From Candidatus Daviesbacteria bacterium (GTDB taxonomy: Bacteria > Patescibacteriota > Microgenomatia > Daviesbacterales > UBA10151), in the NCBI GenBank assembly GCA_016183305.1, contig JACPEW010000020.1, forward strand, positions 4,247 through 68,246: a DNA stretch of 64,000 bases. The letters run 5' to 3'. The notes under the pieces were generated by a model. It worked only from the letters and a program-made list of their open reading frames with translations. It did not search any database and was not told the origin of the DNA. A program made the translations under genes and the position numbers. Of the stretch, positions 20,261 through 31,098 are shown one piece after another. The first letter of the stretch is position 1; each line of letters opens with the position of its first letter.

Positions 20261-20444
20261 AGCAGCTATCTCCTCTCAAGTAATAGAGCAGCACCTGTGC
20301 CCATATTTATCCCAACCATATCCTTTGACTTTTTCTTCTAATTCACGCCTTTCTCTACTGTCTCTTTCAGCAAGTGGTTCTACCATAATAAAGATATTAT
20401 AACAGGAACACTTAAGCTTATCAGAATTTGGTACAATATTCTTG

Positions 20445-21038
20445 ATGGTTAAGTTTCATTACCGGGATTCCCCGACAGACAAACAAAAAAATACTTTTAA
20501 AAAATATTTATCTGAAGATGAAGAGCTGGTTTTGTTAACTGGTTTTTCTCAGGCCTATATTAGGTCTAAATTTATAATTTATTTATTATTCCCTGGTATG
20601 TTTTTTTTGGGATTAAGCTTGGGGTTAGGGTGGGTTTTAGGATTAGATAAAATCTTGGTATTAGTGTTAGGCTTGGTATTAATGTTTATGGCAGCAATCC
20701 TTAGGACCATGCATATTTATCATGCAAATAGGTATTTATTAACAACCAGAAGAGTAATAATTAAAAAAGGTTTATTTTCAGTAAAGCTTACTGCTGCCCT
20801 TTTTGACAAAATTACCCATTTAGAAGTTGATCAGTCATTTGTTGATAGGTTATTTTTGCACCATGGCACAATTATTATTAACACAGCTGGATTAAATAAA
20901 GGAGAAATTCAACTACAGTTTATTGATTATCCATTAGAACTTAAAAACTTGCTTGAAAGGCTTATAAACCGCGAAAGGGAGCAATTTGGACTCCGGGGAG
21001 CAACTTTAACAGAAGTAGAAGGAGAGATTATCTCTTAG
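20445..21038 (+). CDS. Membrane protein with bacterial PH domain
   Basis: Two TMs then YLLTTRRVIIKKGLF...KITHLEVDQSF..R...HGTIII. Confidence 0.8.
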   Translation: MVKFHYRDSPTDKQKNTFKKYLSEDEELVLLTGFSQAYIRSKFIIYLLFPGMFFLGLSLGLGWVLGLDKILVLVLGLVLMFMAAILRTMHIYHANRYLLTTRRVIIKKGLFSVKLTAALFDKITHLEVDQSFVDRLFLHHGTIIINTAGLNKGEIQLQFIDYPLELKNLLERLINREREQFGLRGATLTEVEGEIIS

Positions 21039-21702
21039 CTAAAGTAGGCAAATTAGATATTTTTGGAAGTAAAGCCTGAGGGTCAATGAATCTGCCATCT
21101 TTAGTAATCTCCAAGTGGGTGTGAGGGCCAGAGGTCCTGCCAGTTAATCCTACTTCTCCCAGGGTGTTTTCAGAAAGTACCTTATCCCCAACTTTTACGT
21201 AAATTTTTCCCATATGGCTATATTTTGACTTAAAACCATTTTGATGGGCTACTACTACAAAATTGCCTAAACCGAATAAATCCCTGCCTACTTCTGAAAC
21301 TTCCCCTTCAGTAATAGAGTGAATTGGCATCCCCAAGCCTGTAGCAAGGTCTATACCAGGGTGATAAGAGGCAAACTTAGTAGTTAAATAACCTGGATGT
21401 GGCAACACAAGCGGTTTAGAAAAAGACTCTGCAATAACCTCTCCTGTTTGCTCCAAAGATTCAGCTTGAACAATGGACCTTTTAACAGGTGGGATAGCTA
21501 AGGTAGGGTAATAACCTGCAAAGTTGAGCAAAATAAAGAGAAATATAACAAGCCTTGTAAACCTATGAGGAACCCTAGGCTTGATTTTCGGAAGCTTCTG
21601 AGTTAGGGCATCCCTTTCAGAAACTGTCTTAGACAGAAGGTTTTTGTGCCTTATTAGCACAAGACAAAGCTGTATGATAGCAAATCCTGCCTCAAAAGTC
21701 AA
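21028..21702 (-). CDS. M23 peptidase (start uncertain)
   Basis: HPGIDL, YSHM, TGRTSGPHTHLE. Confidence 0.9.
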   Translation of the reverse strand: MTFEAGFAIIQLCLVLIRHKNLLSKTVSERDALTQKLPKIKPRVPHRFTRLVIFLFILLNFAGYYPTLAIPPVKRSIVQAESLEQTGEVIAESFSKPLVLPHPGYLTTKFASYHPGIDLATGLGMPIHSITEGEVSEVGRDLFGLGNFVVVAHQNGFKSKYSHMGKIYVKVGDKVLSENTLGEVGLTGRTSGPHTHLEITKDGRFIDPQALLPKISNLPTLAKR

Positions 21703-21727
21703 AGGTTAGGGTATAATTAAAATATTC

Positions 21728-22531
21728 ATGAAAAAATTTCTTGTCTGGTTGTTAGTTTTTATTAGTTTAGGAGCGCTGCTTCTGCGCTTTTCTGATAAAT
21801 GGGCAGAGATCTTTTTTGGAATTAAAGCTACCAGTGGAATATCTATATTGTCTCAACCTTCTGAAGCTGTAGTTTTTATCAATGATAAGGAGGTTGGTAA
21901 AACTCCATATGAAGATAAGAACTTAGATGTTAAAGATTATCTTGTTAAACTCAGTAAAGAGGGTGCTTCTTGGCAAGGCAAAGTGGCCTTAACTGCTGGG
22001 ACAGTTACTGTTATAAACCGGGATTTATCTCCAGATCCAACCTCGTCTGCAGGAGAAATCCTAACCTTAAAGAAAGGTAAAGGTTTAACTATTACCTCTA
22101 ATCCTGCTGGAGCTGATATAGAAATAAATGGCAAATCCTATGGTAAAACACCGGTTACTCCCGGTATTGAGCCAGGCGATCATACTATTTTAGTAAATCA
22201 AGCCAATTATTTAAAAAGAAGCATCAGGGCTAATCTGCCCAAAGGGTATAATCTAACAATTTCAGTAGATTTAGCTTTATCAGAAGCAGATTTAACTGAA
22301 ATCCAAACTCCGGTAACTACTAAAACCTTGGAGATAGTGGTAAAAAATACTCCTACTGGGTTTTTGAGGGTGAGAAATAAAGCAAGTTTAAATAGTGCAG
22401 AAATAGCCAGAGTTAAACCAGGGGACAGCCTAATACTTTTAGAAGAATTAGGGTCATGGAATAGAGTGCGTTTGTCTAATAATACAGAAGGTTTTGTTTC
22501 TTCTGACTATGTGGAGAAAAAAAGCTTCTGA
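21728..22531 (+). CDS. PEGA-domain protein with C-terminal SH3b
   Basis: Two SxP..A.V.I....GKTP repeats; LRVR...GFVSSDYV. Confidence 0.85.
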   Translation: MKKFLVWLLVFISLGALLLRFSDKWAEIFFGIKATSGISILSQPSEAVVFINDKEVGKTPYEDKNLDVKDYLVKLSKEGASWQGKVALTAGTVTVINRDLSPDPTSSAGEILTLKKGKGLTITSNPAGADIEINGKSYGKTPVTPGIEPGDHTILVNQANYLKRSIRANLPKGYNLTISVDLALSEADLTEIQTPVTTKTLEIVVKNTPTGFLRVRNKASLNSAEIARVKPGDSLILLEELGSWNRVRLSNNTEGFVSSDYVEKKSF

Positions 22532-23188
22532 CTAGACAGAATCAATTGATGATTCTTCAATAAGTAGCGGTAGGTTTTTTACTATTAAATGTCTGCTCCG
22601 GTATTCAATTAAACCTTTTTTCTGCATTTTTTTCATCTCAATACTGACTGTTTCGCGGGCTATTCCCAATAGCTTGGCAATATCCTGATGGGTTACAGGC
22701 AAATGGACAAGAATGCCTTTTTTGTCTTGCAACCCATGTCTTTCAACAAAGATTACAATTATGGAGGCTACCTTGCTATAAGCATTGCCAAACATAGCAT
22801 GCTCCATTCTTTTTAATAGTCCACCAAAACGGGTTAAAACACGGCTGTTAATCTCAAAAAGCAGCTCATTATCATTTTTGATAAACTTAAGGAATTCTTC
22901 TCTTGGAGCTTGATAAAGTTCTACGCTAGTCATAGCATCCATATAATAAGTATGTGGTGTAGCATTAATAGCCCACATAATAGGGAAGAAATCCTCAGGC
23001 TTAAAGATGATTAAAGTTAATTCCTGGGCGTTTTTAGAAACAGAGTAAAGCTTGGTGTAGCCTTTTTTAAGGTATAAAACTCCCCTTGGTTCATCTTGGG
23101 CGCGGAGTATTGTCTCGCCTTTTTTATATAAGATTTTTTTATATTTAGAGAAAAAATTCTCAAGTTTTGCAAAAGCGCTTTTTTCCAT
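22532..23188 (-). CDS. Crp/Fnr-family regulator
   Basis: cNMP-binding domain plus THQDIAKLLGIARETVS HTH. Confidence 0.9.
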   Translation of the reverse strand: MEKSAFAKLENFFSKYKKILYKKGETILRAQDEPRGVLYLKKGYTKLYSVSKNAQELTLIIFKPEDFFPIMWAINATPHTYYMDAMTSVELYQAPREEFLKFIKNDNELLFEINSRVLTRFGGLLKRMEHAMFGNAYSKVASIIVIFVERHGLQDKKGILVHLPVTHQDIAKLLGIARETVSIEMKKMQKKGLIEYRSRHLIVKNLPLLIEESSIDSV

Positions 23189-23255
23189 AAGCGGATTTTA
23201 TAACTAACATACCTTAAATTACAATAATTGTATTAGTTTACGATTGGTATACTGC

Positions 23256-24188
23256 TCATACCCCTAGATAGTAAATAATTCCTAATACTAATATTCCCCA
23301 GATTAATACAGAGATAAGAAGCGGGGTATCAGTGAGGATTACCCGTTCAGGGGATTCTCCTTCCTTTTTCTCATAAATAATATAAAGGTATCTCATGACA
23401 GCATAAAGAACTACTGGAACTGTGGCCATTAAATATTTAGCTTGAGTAAATGGCAGCTCAAAACCACCTAAAATATTTGATACTACATTCCTGGCTTGAA
23501 TAGGTGGTTGCAGGAAAGCAAAGAATGCATAAGTTAACCAGGTTGAGTTGGCAAACATAGAAGTTAAAATATCTAGTAAATTTTCAGGATAATGCAATAA
23601 AGTTTCCCGGTGGCGGAAAGCTTGTGATTCCATCAAAGTCCTCTCAGATCTTCTTTTTCCAATTGCAAGAAACAGCGCAAAACTAGTAACAGAAAGCAGG
23701 AACCAAACATTCAAATGAGCATCAATTACCCACACCCCTGCATACACCCTTAAAACAAACCCGGCTGCAATAACCAATACATCAACTAAAATTACTTGCT
23801 TAAGATATGCTGAATATAATACCTGCATTATTAAATAAGCAGTTGCAGCAAAGAAAAAAGCAGGAGAGAGGCTATATGATAATGGTAAAAATAAGATAAT
23901 AAGGGCAAAAGCTATGCCGATCGCTACTGGAATAGGAATAATTCCTAAGGCAATTGGACGTTTTCTTTTAAAAGGATGGAGTTTGTCCCGCTCAATATCA
24001 AATACATCATTTAGTAAATAGGTAGCAGATGAAAAAATGCAAAACAAGGCAAAAGCTGCTAAGGTTTTAAGCTGATTTGTTGGATCAGTTAAGGTACCAG
24101 AAAAAATCAAAGCAGCAAAAACTGCAAAGTTTTTTATCCATTGTCTGGGACGGACTGCTTTGAAAAGCGCCCAAAGAAATTTAACCAT
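23256..24188 (-). CDS. UbiA-family (decaprenyl-phosphate phosphoribosyltransferase-like)
   Basis: RPRQWIKN, YLLNDVFDIERDKLHPFKRKRPIA. Confidence 0.9.
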   Translation of the reverse strand: MVKFLWALFKAVRPRQWIKNFAVFAALIFSGTLTDPTNQLKTLAAFALFCIFSSATYLLNDVFDIERDKLHPFKRKRPIALGIIPIPVAIGIAFALIILFLPLSYSLSPAFFFAATAYLIMQVLYSAYLKQVILVDVLVIAAGFVLRVYAGVWVIDAHLNVWFLLSVTSFALFLAIGKRRSERTLMESQAFRHRETLLHYPENLLDILTSMFANSTWLTYAFFAFLQPPIQARNVVSNILGGFELPFTQAKYLMATVPVVLYAVMRYLYIIYEKKEGESPERVILTDTPLLISVLIWGILVLGIIYYLGV

Positions 24189-25150
24189 AATATAGCTCCT
24201 AAAATAATTATTCCTACTAAGCTTGCTGCAAATAGCTTGCCGGAAGATGTTAGACTTAGGGCTGCTGCACCCAGAATAACACTTCCGGAAATGTAAAACA
24301 AGGCTATTTGCTCGTGCGTTAGACCTTTTTCTAGTAGTTTATGGTGAAGATGGCCGCGGTCTCCCCAGACAGGTGATTTGCCTTGTAAAATCCTGCGGAA
24401 AAAAGTGTAGGCAAAATCAGTGGCAGGAATAAGTAGTACTAATCCTGCTGTGGCTAGTTTTCCTCCAGACAGAATAGCTAAAACTGCGATCATAAATCCT
24501 AGTATGCCTGATCCGGAAAAACCAGGAAAAATTTTTGCTGGATGCCAATTAAAAACTAATAATCCTAAAGCAGCGCCTGCAGTAATAAAGGCCAGTTCTG
24601 GTGAAGAGTTTAATTTTAAAGATAACAATCCTAAAACTGTGGCAGAAACAACAGACACTCCTGGCATTTGGCCATCAACCCCTTTTGACCAGTTCAACAT
24701 ATTCATTACCCAGACAATCCAAATCAAAGCTAACAAGTCTGCAATTGGACCAAAATAAAGAATACCTCCCAAGGGATTGGTAATAAATGGGATGCTGACT
24801 CCGCTATAAACTGCTGCCCCTGCTGCCAAAACCTGGCCAGCAAGTCTAAGGTAAGGTGAAAAATTGTGATATTTATCATCCAGAAGTCCTATTAACAATA
24901 AAATAAAAAGCCCAATAATAATTCCAATAGTAGAAGTTTGAAAAGGAAGAAAGGCAGTTATAGCAAATATTATTCCTATAAATACAGCCAACCCTCCTGC
25001 TCTTGGCACAATCCTTTGTTGGGTATGGGCAGGGTGTAATCTTTTTTGGGGATTATCCACCAAGTTAAATTTTTTAGCAAAAGCAATGGTAACTGGTATA
25101 CAGGCAGCAGTTAAAATAAATGAAATTAAACCAGGCAAGATTAAATCCAT
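24134..25150 (-). CDS. MraY/WecA-family polyprenyl-phosphate sugar-1-phosphate transferase
   Basis: PRAGGLA, GLLDD, NWSKGVDG, FNWHPAKIFPG, DRGHLHHKL. Confidence 0.9.
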   Translation of the reverse strand: MDLILPGLISFILTAACIPVTIAFAKKFNLVDNPQKRLHPAHTQQRIVPRAGGLAVFIGIIFAITAFLPFQTSTIGIIIGLFILLLIGLLDDKYHNFSPYLRLAGQVLAAGAAVYSGVSIPFITNPLGGILYFGPIADLLALIWIVWVMNMLNWSKGVDGQMPGVSVVSATVLGLLSLKLNSSPELAFITAGAALGLLVFNWHPAKIFPGFSGSGILGFMIAVLAILSGGKLATAGLVLLIPATDFAYTFFRRILQGKSPVWGDRGHLHHKLLEKGLTHEQIALFYISGSVILGAAALSLTSSGKLFAASLVGIIILGAILWLNFFGRFSKQSVPDNG

Positions 25151-25151
25151 T

Positions 25152-25481
25152 TTAAATAAACATTAAAACAATTTTTATAAAAGCAATCACTAAAATTAAA
25201 CTAACTATAATTGATGCTGCAAATAAAGCAATTCTAAAAAAGGCTTGAGATTTATGCAGCTGCCAACAAATAAGCAAATTAAGAAGAGTCACGATGCTGA
25301 TACTGGCAGGAATAATTAAAAATTGACTGGATGTGGCTAATTGGTTTTCTCCCCAAGGCAGAGAATAAAACAAAGGCATTCTAGAAGGTAAATATTTTAG
25401 GGTAGTTATAATTACCGTAATTAAAATTAGACTTAAAAGCAGTGGGGATAATCCTGTCCAAAGATATAATTTCTTAGGCAT
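25152..25481 (-). CDS. Small membrane protein (DUF1648-like)
   Basis: LPSRMPLFYSLPWGE plus three TMs. Confidence 0.65.
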   Translation of the reverse strand: MPKKLYLWTGLSPLLLSLILITVIITTLKYLPSRMPLFYSLPWGENQLATSSQFLIIPASISIVTLLNLLICWQLHKSQAFFRIALFAASIIVSLILVIAFIKIVLMFI

Positions 25482-25484
25482 ATT

Positions 25485-27260
25485 TTAAGCTTTTTCTAAA
25501 AGCCGGGATTTGTTGGTGACTCTAAACTCTAATTTTCTGCCAAACATTAATGAAGTTTGAGCATCTATAGCCGGAATGGAGGAAATAGTTATTAAAATAA
25601 GCGGTATCAAAAGCCATTGGATATATGACCAGATGATTTTAAAAGTAGACCAATTAGCAGGTCTTTTGGGAGCTAATTTTTCATGAACAAAGATAGTGGC
25701 AAAAAGCCCAAAAAAGGTAATGGTTAATATCCAGGAAGAGATAATTGGTAAATTAACTGATAAAACCGATGCTCTAAAGTTTGGGTTTATTAGAGGGATA
25801 AGAAGGCTGCCAAAGGTGACAAATATAGCCAAAAATCCCCACTTTAAATCACCCCAGATCTTAAACAATACTCTGTCTGTTTTATCCCAGAAATCCATTT
25901 CCTTTTTAAAATATTCTTTAACAATATAAGGAATGTGTTCTACCCCATAAGCCCATCTTTTAATTTGGAAATACTGATTTTGGAAAGTTTTTAAAAGAGT
26001 TGTATCTTGGACAGCATCGCCAGAAATTGGCAAAAAATGAGGAACAACCTTATAATCTCCATTAAAATGGAAATAGGCCTTCCAGTAAAAACCATTATCA
26101 TCATTAACCTTATCCGGTATCCAAAGGCCAATATCAAGTAAAGCTTTAAGGCTGATTGACATAGAAGAGTAGTTCATATATTTATCAGATCCTACCATTT
26201 CTGCCATTTGCCAAAATGAAGTTCCTGTTGCCATAAGCCTCATTGGTGTGGGAGTTTGCCAATAATTATTATGGTATAAAAATACTCCGGTAAAAGTTCT
26301 TCTATCCCGTTCAGTTTCTGGCAATGATAAATATTTATGTAAAGCTCCTGCTAAAAATTCCGGGTGGACAACAAAGTCAGCATCTAAAGTAGTGACAAAC
26401 ACATCCTCAATTTTGATCCCTTTTTCCTGTAACTTGGGTACAATATGTTTTACCATCCAATTTTTATTTGATCCCTGGCCTGCTACTTCTCCTGTTAAAC
26501 CATATGGATGAGTAGTTATAAAAACACCAGCAATCTTTTTTTCAATCTTTTTAAGATATGCAGTAACCTCTTGAATTTTTTGAGGGTCATCCCTTTCCTC
26601 AAAGCCAACAGCAAGTAATATTTTTTCTTTAGGGTAATTAGAATTAGTAATAGCATCACAGGTTGGACCAAGGATATATAAAGCTTCTTTATATGTAGGA
26701 AGGAGTATTAAATGGTAATATTTATCCCACTCTTTAGGGTAATCTTTTTTTAACAGTTCAAGCCAGGGTTCTTTCTTGGCCCATTCAAGTTTTTTATAAC
26801 CAATCAAAATTAAGACAGCAATCCTAAAAGCTGTCAGCAACCAATACACATCAGCAATTAAAATTAAATAAGCAACAGCATAAGGGAGAGAAAAAGATAG
26901 CCAAATAGGTGAAGTTAAAGCCAACCAAGTTAAACAACCTGGTAAGATTTCTAAAAACCTTTCAAATCTGTTTTCATGCCTTAAAACAAAAGCTTGTTCT
27001 TTTTTGGCAAAAAGGATAAAACGCCTGGATAATAAATGATGGGTGATAGTGCCCGCTCCAGCGCCTATTAAAAAAAAGGATGTTAAAATATTTAATCCTT
27101 CTGGTAAATAGGTTCCACCCAATAGTCCTGTTAAAATTCCCACTGTAACGAAGATAAGTCCAATAATGCTATAGCGCAGATCTTTAATTAAGCGCTTGAT
27201 GATTTCTGAGGAGTAGAAAAATCCCAAGAATCCAATAAAAAATACCAGTAAAATCCGCAT
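25485..27260 (-). CDS. GT2 glycosyltransferase, multi-TM
   Basis: LPTYKE, TTLDAD, QIKRWAYG. Confidence 0.85.
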   Translation of the reverse strand: MRILLVFFIGFLGFFYSSEIIKRLIKDLRYSIIGLIFVTVGILTGLLGGTYLPEGLNILTSFFLIGAGAGTITHHLLSRRFILFAKKEQAFVLRHENRFERFLEILPGCLTWLALTSPIWLSFSLPYAVAYLILIADVYWLLTAFRIAVLILIGYKKLEWAKKEPWLELLKKDYPKEWDKYYHLILLPTYKEALYILGPTCDAITNSNYPKEKILLAVGFEERDDPQKIQEVTAYLKKIEKKIAGVFITTHPYGLTGEVAGQGSNKNWMVKHIVPKLQEKGIKIEDVFVTTLDADFVVHPEFLAGALHKYLSLPETERDRRTFTGVFLYHNNYWQTPTPMRLMATGTSFWQMAEMVGSDKYMNYSSMSISLKALLDIGLWIPDKVNDDNGFYWKAYFHFNGDYKVVPHFLPISGDAVQDTTLLKTFQNQYFQIKRWAYGVEHIPYIVKEYFKKEMDFWDKTDRVLFKIWGDLKWGFLAIFVTFGSLLIPLINPNFRASVLSVNLPIISSWILTITFFGLFATIFVHEKLAPKRPANWSTFKIIWSYIQWLLIPLILITISSIPAIDAQTSLMFGRKLEFRVTNKSRLLEKA

Positions 27261-27302
27261 ACAGTATTGTTAAGTTTATCTTTTTGAATCTCAGAAAGCA
27301 AA

Positions 27303-28166
27303 TTAAATCTTAAATACTCGTTTGGCGTTTGTGGTTGTTTGTTTAGCTACTTCTTTCAGAGAGCTTCCTTTTAACTCTGCTATCAGTTGGGCAATTTCTT
27401 TGACAGTTGCTGGTTCATTCCTTTGGCCTCTTCTGGATTGAGAAGATAGAAAAGGAGAGTCAGTCTCTAGGATAATCCGGTCTAAAGGAATAATTTTGGC
27501 AGCCTTTCTTAGATATTCATTTTTAGGATAAGTAATATTAGCTGCAAAAGAAATTAGAAAATTAGTGTTTTGCAAGACAGAATCAGTAGTTTGGGGTAAA
27601 CCAGAATAACAATGGTAAATTCCAAAATGATCTTTAGTCATCTCTATAACTTTGTCCCAACATTCAGTATTTTCATGATTTTGGGAACGGTCATCCCTAC
27701 TATGAACTACTAAAGGTAGTTTAAGCCTTTTTGCCAGGTCAATTTGTGCCTGGAATAATTTAACTTCTAATGCTTTAACCTGGTCAAGCGATAGGGCAGA
27801 GGGAATAAATTCAGGATTAAACAGATAGTCCAAACCACACTCCCCAACAGCAACTACTTTTTTTGGGTTAGTACTATAAACTGTCTGTAATTCCTTAATA
27901 TCTCCCTCTAACTTGTCACTTGTCTCTTGTTCCTTGTCACTATACTTGGGGGCCTCGTGTGGGTGAATACCAATAGTTGAGTATACTGATAAGCCTTCAG
28001 GCAAGTTAGTGTTATTAGTTTGATCTAGGGCAATTTGGCTTTTTTCCACATCAACCCCGGTATTGATAATAGTAGTAATGTCAGCATCTAAAGCTCTTTG
28101 GATAACATCGTTAAAATCATCTTTAAAAGAATCCCAATAAAGGTGAGCATGAGTATCAATTAGCAT
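27303..28166 (-). CDS. tatD: TatD-family DNase
   Basis: IDTHAH, GIHPH, GECGLDY, VHSR, HCYSG, ETDSPFL. Confidence 0.95.
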   Translation of the reverse strand: MLIDTHAHLYWDSFKDDFNDVIQRALDADITTIINTGVDVEKSQIALDQTNNTNLPEGLSVYSTIGIHPHEAPKYSDKEQETSDKLEGDIKELQTVYSTNPKKVVAVGECGLDYLFNPEFIPSALSLDQVKALEVKLFQAQIDLAKRLKLPLVVHSRDDRSQNHENTECWDKVIEMTKDHFGIYHCYSGLPQTTDSVLQNTNFLISFAANITYPKNEYLRKAAKIIPLDRIILETDSPFLSSQSRRGQRNEPATVKEIAQLIAELKGSSLKEVAKQTTTNAKRVFKI

Positions 28167-28174
28167 GTAGCAAA

Positions 28175-28804
28175 TTATACATGCTTTAGTCCTAAAACTG
28201 TAGCAAATCTAAAATCCTCAGGTAGGTTTTGGTCAACATATCTTCTGTGGGAAAAATATTCTATATTATGATAAGTACAGATTTTGGGATTATCAATATT
28301 CTTGGGTAAAACTCCTAAGTTTTTCAACTGATTTTCTGCTTCTTTCCAAAGGTCCATTCTATAACAACAAGGCCCGATAGCAGGGCCAAATCTAACAATT
28401 AAATCTTTTGATTTTGATTTATAATTTTTCTTCATCTTTTCAACTGCATTTTTAATAATGCCTTTTTCTAAGCCCTTAAAGCCTGCATGGATTAAAGCTA
28501 TAGCTCCATTTTTAGGATCATAAAAAGCAATCTGGTGACAGTCAGCAGCTTTAACCATTAGGTATATATTAGGTAAATTAGTCATAAATCCATCTGCTTC
28601 TGTCAGCCTTTTTCCTAAAGATGATCTGGTAATTTTAAGAATCCTTTTACCATGGATTTGTGTAGTATCAATTACTGATGTTATATCAATATCAAATTTA
28701 CTTAAAAACTTCTGTCTGTTTACTAAAGCTTGTTTGGGATCTCCTCTTAGAAAAGACATATTTCCATCCTTTACTGTGGAAGTAAGGAAAACTAAAGAGT
28801 TCAT
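28175..28804 (-). CDS. YfiH/PgeF-family protein
   Basis: QIHG, ADG, AADC, IHAGFKG, GPAIGPCCY, YFSHRR. Confidence 0.9.
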   Translation of the reverse strand: MNSLVFLTSTVKDGNMSFLRGDPKQALVNRQKFLSKFDIDITSVIDTTQIHGKRILKITRSSLGKRLTEADGFMTNLPNIYLMVKAADCHQIAFYDPKNGAIALIHAGFKGLEKGIIKNAVEKMKKNYKSKSKDLIVRFGPAIGPCCYRMDLWKEAENQLKNLGVLPKNIDNPKICTYHNIEYFSHRRYVDQNLPEDFRFATVLGLKHV

Positions 28805-30213
28805 ATTCTGGGAAATAGTGGGGCAGACGAGGTGACTTGACCGGAAAATTGTTGGAGGATTTTGTCAGCAGTTTCTGGCAAGAAAGGTTTTAAGCTTAAA
28901 GCAATAGAACGGATTTTTACTGCACTTTCAGATAAAAATTCCTTAAGCTTTTCTTCTTCTAGCTTCCAGGGTTGAACCTCATTAATCTTTTTATCTAAAG
29001 CAGCAATATCTTGCCAAATAGCTCCTAAAGCTTCATTAAATTTAAATTGCTCTAATCTTTCTTTTACCAAAGGATCAAAAATTTCTGTGGTTTGAGTTAT
29101 TTCAAAACTAACCTTTTCTGCAAGTTTAGCAATCCTGGCTACTAAATTACCCAAACCATTAGCCAAATCAGCATTATATGTTTCCAGCATCTTTTCATCA
29201 GAATAATCACCATCTGTAAAAGGAGAAACTTTAGCCAGAAGATAATATCTTAGTGCATCAGTGCCATATTTTTTAATTACTTCCAAAGGATCAATAATAT
29301 TGCCTAGGGTTTTAGACATTTTTTGTCCATTAATAGTAATGTAATCATGAACAAATAATTTTTTTGGTAAAGCTAAACCTGCTGAAAGTAAAATTGCAGG
29401 CCAATAAACAGCATGAAATCTGATGATTCCTTTACCAATCACATGAAGATCTGCTGGCCACCATTTTTTATATTTTTCTTCATCCCAGCCAAAGCCTATT
29501 CCAGACTGATAAATGTTTAAAGCATCAAACCATACATATTCCCGTTGGTTAGGGTCTCCTGGCACTGGTACCCCCCAATTCTTAGCTCTTTTATTAGTTC
29601 TGGAAATACTAAAATCTTGCAAACCGCTTTTTATAAATGAGATAACCTCGTTTTTTCTAAAACTTGGGATAATTTGGTATTTTTCTGATTCTATAAGTTG
29701 TAACAGTTTATCCTGATAACTTGATAATTTAAAAAAGTAATTTTCTTCTTTAACCTCTTCTAGTTTTTTGCCAGGATGCTCAAAGCATTCTCCTTTTTCA
29801 TCCAATTCATCAGGGGTATAAAAAGCCTCGCATCCAACACAATATAAACCCTTGTAGGATTTCTTATAAATATCCCCCTGTTCTGCGCAAAGCTGCCAAA
29901 GCTTTTGGGAAGCAAGATGATGTTTTTCATCACTACCTTTTTGGAAAACATCAAACCGAACATTTAGTTTTTCTGCCAGGTCCTGGAATAACTTGGCATT
30001 TTTATCAACAAAAGCCTGGACATTTTCTCCTAAGCTTTCAGCTGCCTGGACATTTTTTAAGGCATTTTCATCAGCTCCTGATAGTAAAATAACTTCACTA
30101 TCTAAAAGCCTATGATAACGGGCAATAGTGTCCCCTTGGATAAACTCTAAGGCATGACCCGCGTGGGGCGCGGCATTTACATAAGGAATAGCACAAGTAA
30201 TATATTGTTTCAC
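28801..30213 (-). CDS. metG: Methionine--tRNA ligase (short form)
   Basis: PYVNAAPHAGH, YVWFDAL, GKGIIRFHAVYWP, KMSKT; GTG start assumed. Confidence 0.95.
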   Translation of the reverse strand: MKQYITCAIPYVNAAPHAGHALEFIQGDTIARYHRLLDSEVILLSGADENALKNVQAAESLGENVQAFVDKNAKLFQDLAEKLNVRFDVFQKGSDEKHHLASQKLWQLCAEQGDIYKKSYKGLYCVGCEAFYTPDELDEKGECFEHPGKKLEEVKEENYFFKLSSYQDKLLQLIESEKYQIIPSFRKNEVISFIKSGLQDFSISRTNKRAKNWGVPVPGDPNQREYVWFDALNIYQSGIGFGWDEEKYKKWWPADLHVIGKGIIRFHAVYWPAILLSAGLALPKKLFVHDYITINGQKMSKTLGNIIDPLEVIKKYGTDALRYYLLAKVSPFTDGDYSDEKMLETYNADLANGLGNLVARIAKLAEKVSFEITQTTEIFDPLVKERLEQFKFNEALGAIWQDIAALDKKINEVQPWKLEEEKLKEFLSESAVKIRSIALSLKPFLPETADKILQQFSGQVTSSAPLFPRI

Positions 30214-30229
30214 GCCCAAATTATACCAT

Positions 30230-31060
30230 TTATCCCTTTAAAAGAGCTTGGAGTTTGGTTAAATAGTTTTGTTTAGTGGAAACTTTTTTGTGGCTTTTCT
30301 GTTCAAGCTCTTCTCTGGCATTCCCGGCTACTGTGCCGCCGTCCTGAGCAGCTTTCTTGTTCTGATGAAATTCTTGAGTATCTCTATTCTTAGCGGTCTC
30401 TGTAGTAGAAGCATCGCCCAGCATAGAAAAGATTAGTTCTAAATCATTCATATGATCCCTTAAGTCTTCCCTTTCTAAGTTCTTAAATTTTTTATATTAG
30501 GATGGAGTCATCCCAAGAGTAGCTTTAGAAATTTCTGCAGTGAGTATTGCATATTCTCTATCTTTACCAACTTCTCTTTTCTTCCATTCATCAGTTAAGG
30601 TCTCTCTGATCTCAATTCCCCTCACCCTTTTTTCAATCCAAGATTCAGAGTAACCTTTAGCTTTATATAAAGCCCTTGTGCTTTTAGTAGCTGGTTCCGG
30701 ATCTTCTATTTCCTGTACTCTTTCATAACCAACCCTGGCTAACCATCTTTTAAATGGTTCTGTTTTTGGTGAGGGGATAGTTTGAATAATTCTAAATACA
30801 GTCTCGGTATTGGCACAGTCTATTAAGTATTTTTTGCCATCAGGGGATTCTAGTTTCAGTTGTCCGATTTTTTCGGACAACTCAATATATCCTTCCTTAA
30901 TAATCTTGGTTTTTAAATCATTCCAATACTTTCTTGGTCTGTCTGTACCAGTCAACGCTTCGGCAATATCAGTTACAGAAAACCACCATTCATTGTTATA
31001 GATAGTTTTTCTAACCTTGGTGCCTTTAAAGATTGCTACTTTAGTGATTTCGTTAACCAT
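30230..31060 (-). pseudogene. BRO-N domain protein split by an in-frame TAA at 30497-30499
   Basis: WWFSVTDI...PRKYWNDLK...IPSPKTEPFKRWLA; read-through gives MTPS*YKKFKNLEREDLRDHMNDLELIFSML. Confidence 0.8.
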
Positions 31061-31098
31061 ATATCAATATAACCAAATAAAAACCGAAAAGTCAAGGG

